NCBI RefSeq assembly: GCF_963676685.1
Contig: NC_092347.1
Span: forward strand, 6,262,001-6,326,000
Origin: Mytilus edulis
Lineage: Eukaryota
DNA length: 64,000 nucleotides
Direction: 5' to 3'
Part shown: positions 1 to 13,009 of the stretch, piece by piece
Position numbering within the stretch: the first letter of the stretch is position 1
Layout: each line of letters starts with the position of its first letter
Notes under the pieces: generated by a model
Told to the model about the DNA's origin: nothing
Databases searched by the model: none
What the model saw: only the letters and a program-made list of their open reading frames with translations
Made by a program: the position numbers and the translations under genes

Positions 1-96
1 ATAACTTTTCAACAGATATAAACAAAATGGCATGTATACACTATAAAGACAAAGTAGTACAGCAAAAAGTAATAATTATGTGTCCTTTGATTTCAG

Positions 97-594
97 GATG
101 ATGATACTGACAGTAGTTCTAAGTCTGGTCCTACAAACAAATTCCAATCTCGACGTGAAGTTACAAAAGGATTATACGATGTTGCTTTACTGATGGCAAA
201 TGTATCTCAGCTGAAATCAATCTTAGACTCAAAGGATAATACATACTATACGGCCCTTGTTTGTCTGCTTAGTTTCTCGATATCACTGCACCTGATTAGT
301 GCCATGTTACTCTACGTTTTGCTCATTATAGAGAAACAAACTAAGAACAAACAACAGCAGAACAGTGAGGGGATAAACAAGAAAGAAGGAAATCAAACGC
401 AGCAATCAACCCCGAAACAAACACCAGCTACTGAAAGTGTAAAAACTGCAGTATGTACAAACTGTTTTGCAGTAACACCGTCCTGTCGATGTTGGCAAAT
501 TTACAAAATTGACATAATTGCAACTTTGTGTGTATTTGGAGTAACAGTTATTAATATTTTTATTACAGCGTTTTACAGCAGTGTTAAAACGTAA
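97..594 (+). CDS. Ninjurin-family protein, paralogue 1, terminal coding exon (upstream exons lie outside the window)
   Basis: Acceptor tttcag at 91-96, phase 0. Reads DDDTDSSSKSGPTNKFQSRREVTKGLYDVALLMANVSQLKSIL...TM...IATLCVFGVTVINIFITAFY. DxALLMANxSQL and NIFITAF are ninjurin signature motifs. Confidence 0.88.
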   Translation, partial: DDDTDSSSKSGPTNKFQSRREVTKGLYDVALLMANVSQLKSILDSKDNTYYTALVCLLSFSISLHLISAMLLYVLLIIEKQTKNKQQQNSEGINKKEGNQTQQSTPKQTPATESVKTAVCTNCFAVTPSCRCWQIYKIDIIATLCVFGVTVINIFITAFYSSVKT

Positions 595-1964
595 TTCACA
601 ATATAACAAAAGAAAAGGAGGTTAATGGTAGTCCACAGAAAATACAATTCCAAAATAGTTGTTTACAGAGAAAAGAACATGTGTTTTTTCTCTCAATCTG
701 AATGTTGTATTTCTGAAATCTTTTATCATCGCCTCCGGTTTTGTGTATTTTTCTTTTCCGTAGTTATGTTTAACTCTAGAACAGGCTCTTTATCGCTTCT
801 AGTGAAATATGTGTACCCAGGGAAACCATTAACTCTGTGGACAGATAATAAGTACTGACATTATGTAGTACATACTTTGCTAAAGTACTTTTTTCAAATT
901 CAGAAATTAATAAGAAACTAAGGTTCCAGCACCCTCATTTAAAGTTGACTTAAGATGAATCTGGCTCTTCTTTTAAGGTACATTTTGTTTATAAAGCTTC
1001 CTCAGTTTTATTATTATTTTTTTAATTTGGAGTTCACGAACAATGCAAATCCTAAAAAGCGTCAAGGGCGTACAAAATGTATAAAGTGTTATTTTCTTCT
1101 GCAATTCTCCTCCTACTTTTCTAATTTGTTTTTGATTATCGTCTTATAGACTACGTACTAAAACGCTTATTTTTGTGGAGTTTAGTGTTCTCAGATTTAA
1201 TTTTGATTTGCAGAGGTGCACAGAAAGGGGAATCATTTAATGTACCGATGCACCTCTCATCGTGAATATTGAGCTTATCTGTTTTGTGCTTGCTAGGGTT
1301 AGTTATGTCGTTGTTTATTTTTATTTCTTCAGTCCTTAATCTTTACTAGTTTCAGAGTCGCTAATTTTCATATATTTTTATAAGTTGGTAACTTCCAACT
1401 TTGACGACACCGAATGATGTTCTATTATATCTTATAGCTCAAAAAGAATATATATAATCGTCTGCTTGCTGTTTATAAAAACTTATAAGCAATGACCCCA
1501 ATTTCTTAAAACTATGTGACATAGATAAAAACGAGTGGTACGCGCGTACTATTATGAAAAACTCAACGGCTCATCGTCCCCTTTTCCCTGCGAAAAAAAA
1601 TCATAAGCTATATTGGTTCATTTAATGAATAGTGCATAAAATCTGAAAATTTTAATTTAGCACAAAATACATGTTTCTCGGCACCCAAATTCGCTCTACT
1701 GATTTATTATATCTCTTTCCCATTAAATACTCCACAGCGCTGCATAAAAAAGACGAGAGATATTAGCTTAAATTAAATGCTTTGTAGTTCAATATATGAT
1801 TTGCTGTTGAAGTCATATATATTTTCAGTACTTCAAAGTTTCAAAAAAAAGAATAAATATAATATAAATCTAAGAGACAGAAGTTACGTTTGTAGACCGA
1901 ACGCGCGTCTGGTGGTAAATACAAAACTTCAATCCTGGTATCTGTGCTGAGTTTATTTGCAGAT

Positions 1965-2745
1965 GCTAAATAAAATTGAGAATGGAAATGGGGAATGTGT
2001 CAAAGAGACAATAACCCGAACATTGAGCAGACAACAGCCGAAGTCCACAAATTGGTCTTCAATGTAGCGAGAAACTCTCGCACCCGTATGCGTCCTTCAG
2101 CTGACCCCTTAAAAATATATTCATACTGGCACACTGAATTAATGGACGTCATACTAAACTCCATACTAAACTCCGAATTATACACAAGAAACTAAAATTA
2201 AAAATCATACAAGACTAATAAAGGCCAGAGGCGTCTGACTTTTGACAGGCGCAAAATTGCAGCGGGGTTAAACATGTTTATGAGATCTCTCAACCCTCCC
2301 CCTATACCTCTAGCCAAGGTAGAAAAGTAAACGCATAACAATACGCACATTAAATTTAGCTCAAGAGAAGTCAGAGTCCGATGACAGAAGATGTAACAAA
2401 AAATATAAATAAAATGACAATAATACATGAATAACAACAGACTACTAGCAGTTAACTGACATGTCAGCTCCAGACTTCAATTAAACTGATTGAAAGATTA
2501 TGTCACCATCATATAAATATCAGGGACAATCCTTCTTTTAGGGGTTTAGTATCATACTATCATAAAATGTATGAGAAGAACATAACCCGTGTAATGTCAA
2601 CAACTGTTTTTTAAATAAATGTGTTTAGTTCCGATGCAAAGACCCTATAAGTGAATTAATATTAAAGCCGAAATATGCAATCTTTAATGAACTGACAACA
2701 GTATCGTAACTATATATGTCTTAATAAGTCTGTTTAAAGGTTTTG
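1965..2745. repeat. Interspersed repeat (abundant mollusc-type non-autonomous element)
   Basis: Starts aaataaaattgagaatggaaatggggaatgtgtcaaagagac, recognised as a common bivalve repeat. No coding potential; boundaries approximate. Confidence 0.5.
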
Positions 2746-3688
2746 TAAGACAGGATCGATCATGTCTTGTATAAAGATGGCAATTCATTGTTTTTAGTGT
2801 TTCAAAAAAAAAAAATCCTCTTCAATATAAATAGCAATTGAGCGTAACTTATTGATACAATGTACCTTGTGTTTTACTATTTAATTATATCAGAATGTGT
2901 TGTTTTTTTTGTTGTTTAACCATGTCTTCGATGACTTGAACAGCTATTGAATGAACACTTCAATATATGTGTTTCTCATATAATCTTCATATACATGAAC
3001 AATGAAGATATACGTAATTTTAGTACAGCAGTAAGGCAACGTTAGTATACAGCTGTTCAAAAGTCATAAATCGATTGAAAGATAACAAATCTGGGTTACA
3101 AACTTAAACCGAGGGGACACATCAACTATAAACTAGTATCAAGACCTATATCAAACAAAATGTTTTAGAGGAAGAAAATATCAGTGAATCGTAACATCAC
3201 AAATTTGTGAATCCACATTTATGAAAGGTACATGATTCAAAGATACGTTGGTACTAATTACAAACATTGAAAGAAAATACAAAATCGGGAGAAGTAAAAA
3301 ATATTGGGGATGCATCTATTGGACTGACAATTATAAGCTTTGAAGAAAACTATAGACAGTTGGTGTTTGTAAGTCAAAGCAGTAGAGATACGTTTAAAGG
3401 TAAGAAATAATTCGCTATTAAGTCTGTTCTATGAAACTGAAATAAATGCAACTGAAATTTGTATAAAGAAGTCAGAATCATTTGAGTTTCGAAAAAACGA
3501 ATTATTAACCCACGCACTCTAAAAATATTAAATTTTCCAAGTACTAAGGAAATTAGTGAATATATTTGGGTCAAGTAGAATTTTTATTTTTATGAATGGA
3601 AAATTGGAAAATATAGTACAAAGGGAAATTATTAGAATGTATTTAAGCGAATGAGCTCTCACATATTCTTTAGTTTATACATTTAGGA

Positions 3689-6600
3689 ATGCAAGGAATG
3701 GCTTCTTCTAAAACTGAAAGTGATCCTTTGGTAAGACATATGTTGATTATCTGTATGTTTTAATCAATAGTAAATATGGGCTTCATCATACGTTAGGTAG
3801 AAGCAATAATTTTACGTAAAACAATGGTTGTTTAAAGAAGACGAATTATTATCATATTGAAGAAAACGTAACATTCATCAATTTTTATCATTGTAAGCAT
3901 TTTGTTAAACCAAGTATGAGGGCTCCGAATTTAAAAAATATAAATCATGCATTCGTTAATTTAATCATACCAAATCTTTATTTGAATATTTTTTATCAGT
4001 TGATGTAATTCTTTGTTACAGAAACATGCACATGATGGCGGTTATGACAGCGATCAAAATACTTTACGCTCCCGAAATGTAAGTTTCATACTTGATTTAA
4101 TGTCGGCTAGTTATTAGCAATTTAGTCTGCAAAGTTGAAATCTTAAGAAAATCTAAAACAACATTTTTTTACATACTTATGGAGACAGGGAAATAATTTA
4201 TATTTGATTGATATATTTGTTTAATCCCACAGTTTTATAGGACGATAACAATTTTGATATGCATTAACTTTGGTCCCTTATATATATATGGTTGCAAGCT
4301 TTGGATAAAGAGGGATTACATGTAAACCTTGAAGGACGATGTGAACCATGGAGTAGCAACCATGTTTTATTGTACTCCTTGCGTAAGGTGTATGTAAGGA
4401 GTTATGTTATCTCTTGTTAGTTATAGAACTTGATAAAGTACAATCAAAATTCTGAAAATGTCCGCATCTTGTTTATATCTCTATTAGATTTTTTAGTAAG
4501 GAAACAAAGCATGAGTATCAAAAGTATGTAATTTATTTTTTACAATTAGTTGTTTATTCACTTTTCTCCTTTTAATAAATCAACAATAGAAGATCTGTTT
4601 TGTTTTTCAGTCGTCATTTGATAACAGTTCTACAAAAGTTGAAATGGTGAGTTTTTATTTTTATTCTCTAAAATCATTCAATCCTATCGATGTTTAGTGA
4701 AATAAACATTTTTTATCCATTCCAAAAAATGCATACTACAGACCTGAAGCATTTTATTAGTTGATGTATGATCAATATCGATACACTTTACCGTCGTCTT
4801 CCCGATTCATCGGGAAATGTGACGAATACAAAAATCAGAAAGCAACCTAAGGCCACCAATGGATCTTCGACGTAGAGCTAAACTAGAATCAGAGGCAGAA
4901 GAAAAAGACAAATAACGCATTTGATTGATTGTGCAAAATAGAAAAAACTACATGAATACCCATAAAATCAAACTTAAGAAGTGAGGCATTTTGTTTTATT
5001 TTCGGTTCAAATTCAATATCAGTACATGGCTGATTATATAGTGTTATAATAGTTTTTAACGCGTGACAGATACGTTATTAACTCTTTTTTAGTTCACGCA
5101 TGCTTACATTATGTTATACTATTGAATATTGATAGTTTTGCACTTTGAAAATGTAAAGATCTTTATTAGCTTACTTCCAATAACACGATAGCTTAAAATA
5201 TGAACAAATATCATTGAATTAAAAATTGTGTATTTAAAAAAAAATTCCTACATTTTAATGATAGAACTTTAGCAAAAATCAATAAGATAGATATGAAGTT
5301 AACTACAAGATAAAGTTAATTAAAGTTGTTATATGGATGATTGACTTTGATGGTCCTAAATACATGATATATGTGTCTTCCAAATCATTTGGTATCGAGA
5401 GTTTTTATACGCCCGTCAAAATTTTGACGGGGCGTATTATGGTATACAAATGTCCGGTGTCCGTCTGTCCGTCTGTCTGTCCGGCGTAAACATGTCGCAC
5501 CGTAACTTGAGAACGACTTATCTAAATTTCATGAAACTTAATATAGTTGTTTTTTATGATGGTCATATGATCTGTATACTTTTTGGTGAAAATAAGATTT
5601 AAACTTTTTGAGTTACGGCACTTTGTAACTAAAACAGGGGTGTGTTTTTTTTTCACTTGTTGCACCGTATCTCAAAAACGATTCTTGATTATTGCTTAAA
5701 ACTTTACACACTTCTTAGTTATATTAATTTTAATATCTGTATACTTTTTGGTGATGATTCAAAATTTCATTTTTGAGTTATTGAGTATTTTGTAAAAAAG
5801 GGGGAGGGTTTTTTTACATGCCGCGCCGTATCTCAAAAAGGATTTATGATTATTGCTTAAAACTTTACACACTTCTTTGTTATATTAATCGTAAGATCTG
5901 TATACTTTTTGGTTATGATTCAAAATTTCATTTTTGAGTTATTGAGTATTTTGTAAAAAAGGGGGAGTTTTTTTTTACACGTGCTGTATCTCAAAAACGA
6001 TTTATGATTATTGCGTAAAACTTTACACACTTCTTTGTTATATTAATCTAAAGATCTGTATACTTTTTGGTGATGACACAAATTTTATTTTTGTGTTATT
6101 GAGTATTTTGTAAAAAAAGGGGAGGGTTATTTTTACATGTCGCGCCGTATCTCAAAAACAATTTATGATTATTGCTTGAAACTGTTCACACTTCTTTGTT
6201 CTATTAATCTAAAGATCTGTATATTTTTTTGTTTGATTCAAAATTTTATTTTAGTTATATTTGTAATAAAAAAAAACAGGGTTTGGGGGGGGGGGGGGGG
6301 AAGGGGTTGGTTCACATGTCCCGCCGTGTCTCAAAAACAATAAATGGTTATTGCTTAAAACTTTCGCAGAAACTGTTTATGATTATTGCATAAAACTTCC
6401 ACTCAAGACGTCGGGCGTATCATGCGCTCATGGCGCAGCTGTTTATTAGAATATGTATCCAACATATTACAGATGGTGACACTAAAAACAAATCGTTTGT
6501 TATGCATATAACTCTTTCATTGCAATATGTTAAAACTATCGTTCAAAAATGAAACTTAAGAATCATTTATCTCTATTGTATTATAAATGTATCGTGAAGT

Positions 6601-8657
6601 ACAGTGGCATAAGGTCTCTTAGTTTGTAAGGATGATATTTTGAAACTCTGCTGCACCAGAGTGCTATGTTTTTATATACTTTATATAATTTTAGGAGCCA
6701 CCTCCTGCAGGCAATGATGAAGTAGAGGGAAGAACTCTCAATGTAAGTTTCAGTCCTTAAATCGTATAATTGATTAAATGATATATGCTATTATGATGTA
6801 TGCTATATCGTCTACCTATGCAACATGTCAGTCCAAAATGGAAGATTCTGATTTGTTTTTTTGCTATTTTGTTCTGAAATGTAACATACGATATTAAAAT
6901 AGCCATGAATTCATATTGGTGTCATTCACCAAAGAACCAGATAATCGACTTGTCGGGTTGAATTCGTATATTTTACATGATAGAAACAAATTTTTTCTTT
7001 GTTTCACCAGCACACTGGAAGATGACTTGGTAAGTTCGGGTTAAACTTATCTACGTCGGTTCATACATTATGAAGTCGCTTATATATATGTCTGAGTCAA
7101 AGTAATTAAGGCCGGATCAACGTTTTTGAGGTCCAAAACCTATGATAATAGGCAATTGTATTATAAGCTGAGCAGAGTGTTATAGACAGTGGGACGACGT
7201 ATGAGGCTAACGCCTCTTGTTGATATAAAGAGCCTCGAGGTGATACCTGGGCCTGTATAAAAATTTCCATTAATTGATATGTATAATATATCATACATGC
7301 TTTGGAATATATTTTACATATCCCAGAGGACATGTATTCCTTGTTACGCTCTACAGTACGGTTATACCTGAATATTTGTAAAGTGGCATAAGCTGTTAAA
7401 TAACCTACATTTGTACTAAAACGTATATTTAAATTGCATAAGTAAAAAAACCAACAATGAACAGTGCATGGATTAGTAGTTATAATGTATTAACATTTCG
7501 TGCGTATTTCAGAGTAGACGCTATTCAATTGTCCATTATGAAATCATAAATGTTAGATCTTGTATTCCATATGGTACGATTTTAAAATAAGAAATTGAAT
7601 GAAAATGTTAATGCTCATGATACGAAATGGCAAAATCATGATACGAAATTGTCATGTTTGGTACGAAATGGCAGTGGTACGAAATGGTTATGGTATGAAA
7701 TGAATAGCTACATATCTTAACGGTATCTAGCCATTTCGTACCATGCATTTACGATGAGAACATAATATTTCAATCAGTTTAATAAAGGTCTGGAGCTTGC
7801 AGTAGTGCCTTGTTTTTTAATCACAATACAAGATGTTTTATTTTCAAATTAAAAAAAATGGCATACAATGGTACGAAATGAGTAACATTTTAATCTTATA
7901 TATGGTACGAAATGATGTAGATTATAATCTCCCATATGACACAAATTGTTAACATTATAATATTCCACATGGTTCGAAATAGTATACATTACAATCTTCT
8001 ATATAGTACGAAATAGTCACGGTCCGAAATGATTTTTATTATGGTACCACATAGGTGTAACAAAATGGTTATGGTACGAAATGACGATGATTCATCTTAA
8101 CATACGTTTGAAGAAAGGCAACAGTAGTATACCGCTGTAATACTTTTCCGTAACAGTAATAGTATATTCTTTTTATTTAGGAAGATGAAACTGACAGTAG
8201 TTCTAAGTCTGGTGCTGTAAACATGTTCCAATCTCGATGTGAGATTACAAAAGGATTATACGACGTTGCCTTACTGATGGCAAATGCATCTCAACTGAGA
8301 TCAGTCATAGATTCTACAGATAATAAATACAAAACGGTCCTTATTGTGCTCCTTATTGCATCTATATCGTTACACCTAATAAGTGCTGTTTTTTTATATG
8401 TTCTATTCATTAAAGAAAAACAAGCTAAGAATAAACAGCAAGCAAATGAGAACAATAACATGTTACAGCCAACCGTGAATCGAAAATCATCTAAACGCAG
8501 AAAACAATCTGCAGTATGTCCAAAATGTTTTGTAGAAATCACATGCTGTCACTGTTGGAGAATATACATAACTGACATTATAGCAACATTGTGTGTCATT
8601 GCAGTAACAGTTCTCAATGTTTTTATTACAGCGTTTGGACACAACACAAAATCATAA
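3689..8657 (+). CDS. Ninjurin-family protein, paralogue 2 (about 219 aa, 5 coding exons)
   Basis: Exons 3689-3730 (MQGMASSKTESDPL), 4022-4078, 4611-4646, 6695-6742 and 8181-8657, all with AG/GT ends, all phase 0, frame open. Last exon has DVALLMANASQL and NVFITAFG and is a clear paralogue of 97-594. Micro-exon assignment is less certain than the last exon. Confidence 0.8.
5402..6445 (+). mobile_element. HINE/pearl-like non-autonomous Helentron element with internal ~160-bp tandem repeats, in a ninjurin-2 intron
   Basis: 5' hairpin atacgcccgtcaaaattttgacggggcgtat, (GTCY)n microsatellite at ~5455-5482, four to five ~160-bp units, subterminal gggcgtat inverted repeat and terminal palindrome tgcgctcatggcgca, T-rich flanks. 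Confidence 0.75.
7570..8090. repeat. Degenerate array of ggtacgaaatg motifs, probably a non-autonomous DNA transposon relic
   Basis: About a dozen (g)gtacgaaat(g)-like copies, one inverted near 7732. Confidence 0.55.
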
Positions 8658-11600
8658 TTCACAAATGATCATATATGCTGAATTGTTAAAGGGGCATTAG
8701 CTAAGATGTAAAAAACGAAAATAATGTAATATGTGTGTGTGATTGTTTTGTTCAAACTTTTAAATTGGTGAAGGTGAAAAAGTGAAATGATAATTCGCTT
8801 TGAGCATTCAGTTTGGCTTAATTTTGTCAAAATAAACTAAGAAACATTGATGTTGAATTGGTTATTTTCAAGTGAATAATTCGACTTCATTGTATAATCT
8901 TGTTTACTTATTCATGTGACCTTCAATTAAACCTCGCTTCCGTTTATCAAGGCTATTATTAATATATTGTCATCGTCCTCTTTTATGATAATAACAAAGG
9001 TGAAAAGGACTGTTTATATTTTGGTGATTTTCTAAGAAACAAAAATTTCAGTCTGGTTTAACTATTTGCATGTCTTAGTACCTTTTTCATAGGGTTACCT
9101 GTGATATATAGATAGGGTAAAATGGGATTTTAAAAACTAGCATTAAAACCTCAAGCTTAAAAGAACTGTCCTTTCGGCTATTGAGATGTATAAAAAGGCA
9201 GCCATGTAGTCGATACAATTGCTGTCTATTTTCCAACATAAGGAATAAATTATCTTAGCTGTATTTGGCAAAACCTTTTGGACTTTTGGAATTCGCAATG
9301 CTCTTCAACTTTGAAATTCATTTTGGCCTACATTTTGATTTTTTTTTCGAACGTCATTGGTGAGTCTTTTGTGGACGAAACGAGGGTTTAGCGTACAAAA
9401 TGTTAATCCTGAAATCTATGGTGAGTTTATTTCTTCATTTTCCAGTAAACGTTGAAATTTCAAGAACTTCATCCATCCGGTCTACCAACTTAGCAGAAAT
9501 TTACTATTGTGTGTATTCCTGTTCCTGTCAGTGTCTAACTATTATAGTTTTCGTGAAAATTGACAAACATTGCTAATGAAATGTCATGTGTAGTCTATTG
9601 ACAGTTTCAATAATAACTTTTTTTATAAATATTGTGTTACTTGTGTTTTCTGTCTATTTACTATGATTTTAGGATTAATGAACGAAAATATTAACATATT
9701 GTAAAACATTTATATCTTTGTGGAAATAACTCCTGGTCGATGTCATGATAATTTTGAGATGAAATATGGATTTGATATTCTGACCATTTTTGTCCCAACA
9801 AAATCATTCCATCTCGATTTATCGACGACAAGGTATCTAACATTAAAACCTTTTTTTTTGGGCCAAGTCGGTTATGTTGGTTGGTTGCCTGGAACTAAGC
9901 CGGGACAAAAGAAAACTACTGAAAGTTGAAATTGGTCACTAGTTTCAGCAGAAAAAATATTTTGAATAAAGTTTCCATGACAAAAGTTTATGTATTATTT
10001 CTATTATCAAAATTATTATATTTTGTAAAAACTATAGGGTTGAAAAAAATGACTCTCAACGACTTTGTCTGTTTTATCTTAGACACACTGGTTTTTTTTA
10101 CACTCTTACACGATTTCTAAATTTTTTTGAGTTATGGATATATTTGATGATGTTTTTTTCAAGCGTTAAATGCTTTGCTATGGGAAACTATAATGTTATT
10201 TGTTTTAAAAATTCAACAAGGAAGTTGCAAAGGAACAAGCAATTATGGTTCAAGTATTATAGCTTATATATATTTCCCCGGATCTCCTCTTTAATGCATA
10301 TTTCCTATAACCATCAAATGGATATCCTTGTAACAAATTGTAAAGGTCGTACGTTTATTCTTTTATATAAAAGGTTAATAAGTAAAACCTCTTAATATAC
10401 CTTTTGTTTAACCTCCATATTAGAAGAGTATGATGAGGTTGTAAATAACTGTCTATATTCATAAGAATAGCCCACCATTTGAATCAAAACACCTTATAAT
10501 CAGTTCATAAGTTTCCATGGACGATAATCTAGAATAATTGATCTTTTGACATATTGATATTATCCCCCGTTAATACTTCAAGAGAAAACATTTAAGCCTC
10601 AAGCATATTTTACAAAGTTATTTAGTGATTAATTCAAAGACAGCTTTGTAGCATGCATAGAAAAACACAATTGCATTAGAAATAATTCAAATAGTTATCA
10701 AAGGTACCAGGATTATAATTTTGAAAAACTTAAATTTCGACATTTTTTTAATAATTTCAAAGTCACTTCCTATCACCTTTTGCCTGATGATTATAGTAAG
10801 ATTTGTAGACTGAAAATTTTATAATATCATTAAAGTGGAATGAAAGTCTTATATAGGATTGTATCTATGTCTTATTCTATCACCTTGCGCTTTCACCACT
10901 TGACTTTGTGTTTCTACAGAACTTATTAAAAGTCCTACCAGCTGATTCGGAACTGTTTTGTTTGATCAAACAAATTGCAATTTGATCAGAATTTTTAATA
11001 ACTGCAACAGGTCAGGATTAACACGTACACTCAACTCACAGTAATTGTTCATCGAATGAATAAAACGGAAAATCAATCAGTATGTTGGGTGTCAGTGTGG
11101 TCAATTGGAAGAATAAGTAACAAGTTCCCCCAAGTATGATGTATTAAACATTTCATTCAATACATCATTGAATCTTGTAATATCAGTGAATAAAAGCATT
11201 GCTAGTAATAAATATAAATCATTAAAAGACTGAAAATCAAATTTAAAATGCTTAGCTTAATCAAATAAATCTTAAAAAGTTTTTAAATCAAGGCAACAGT
11301 AGTATACCGCTGTTCGAAAGTCATTAATCGACTGAGAGAAAACAAATACGGGTAACAAAAAAAAACCTGAGGTAAACACATCAAATATAAGAGGAAAACA
11401 ACGAAACAACAGAAGCACTGAAGTGCAATAAAAAAAACGCAACACACACAGAAGCGAACAATTTCTGTTGCAATTAGTTTGAGGTTCAAACTCAGTTTGA
11501 CTGGACTATATCTGACTTTGTAAAAAAACCAACCCTATATTTTGGTTTAACTTTTATATATAAATAAATTTTAAAAAAAATATGGGTCTCCTTATATAAG

Positions 11601-13009
11601 GAAGAGTTCATTTTCTGCCCCATGGAAACAAATCATTATATTTGTGAACGAATACTTTTAATTGTTAAGATTTAATCATGTTATATATCCCTATTACATT
11701 TGTCATATGTTTATTTCATTATATGACACCTTTAATAGAAAATTAATAACCTATATGAATTGTTTATTAAAAAAATACAACTCTGGTACAATACTGGATC
11801 AAATTGTGCACAATACTGGTATACCAGTATTGCGAGCACAAACTACGGGAGAAAAAAAATAACATTATTTAGGTTGTCTACATAAAAAATCTTCGAACTA
11901 ACAGCTAAACTTCGAGCCCCTAAATCCCTTTCAAAAGATGACATCAACATCCATCTGACTAATTCGGCTCTAATAACTTAAAAATCGGAGTATGAAAGTG
12001 TTACTTCTTTATATTAGACTCCAACATCACCACAAAATCCTTAGAAATAATATATTGTTAGCTGGTCTCGATGTTCTACTTAACGTCATTCTAAGATTAT
12101 TTCTATTATATTTCTACAGACAAATAATGGTCTTCAACAATATTGTAATGAAGTTAATCAATCAGTGGTGTATACCAAATATGGATGCCTAACAATTCCG
12201 AAGACCAAATCCAAAATACTTGTATTTGCATTCATATGAGGCAGAATCGATACACTATATTTGCAAGGCCAAACAAAAACCAAGCTTGAATCTTGTCACT
12301 CAATAAGAAACATGTAAGTAACTGTTGGCACCTCATATAGCATAGTTAAAATGATGTGAAGGATGCTTCCAATACTAGCATTTCAGCCTCGCCCAGGCAT
12401 CTTTTTTTATAATATTGACACAGAAGAAAATCAAACAAGGACCAATCATATCATAATACCCAGTTTTTGAAGATTGGGGGCATATCTAGGTCAGACAGAT
12501 AAATGCACACAAAACACAATGAAGAGAAGAAATATCCCATCAAAGGTCAGTTTGTCTTATAATCACCAGCCCAGCAGTCAGCACAAATGTGTTGACATGA
12601 AGTATCATTGATATGGTCATAATTATAAATTAGTTTTTAACAGAGCCTTGAACTTTTCGCAATCACGTGATTAGAAAGAATATGAAGTGTTGTTACTCTC
12701 TCAACAAAAATATGGATTTCGGTTAGTTAAACAGGAGATTTTGGAGTAATATTTCGACAATTGTAAATACTTTTTGAGCTTATTGTCTGAATTTCGGAGA
12801 TCTTGAACTCATATTTGAAGTTTTTGATAACAACGAAACTATTATTTTCACTGAGACCTGTCCTGTATACCCTGGGGGAAAACAGTGTATATATTGAAAA
12901 CTGTTTATTAAACATTGAATGAAAGTGGACTTTGGACGATAGTAAAATCAACTGTTTTATAGTAAATTTGACCTTTTCACTTATAAGAACAACCAATCAT
13001 ATCAAAAGA

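Noticed and set aside
4026-4078. Alternative start MHMMAVMTAIKILYAPE for ninjurin 2
   Set aside because: That frame ends in phase 2, incompatible with the next phase-0 exons, whereas the phase-0 reading joins the 3689 ATG exon. It could only work by splicing directly to the 19-nt segment at 7011, which is untested.
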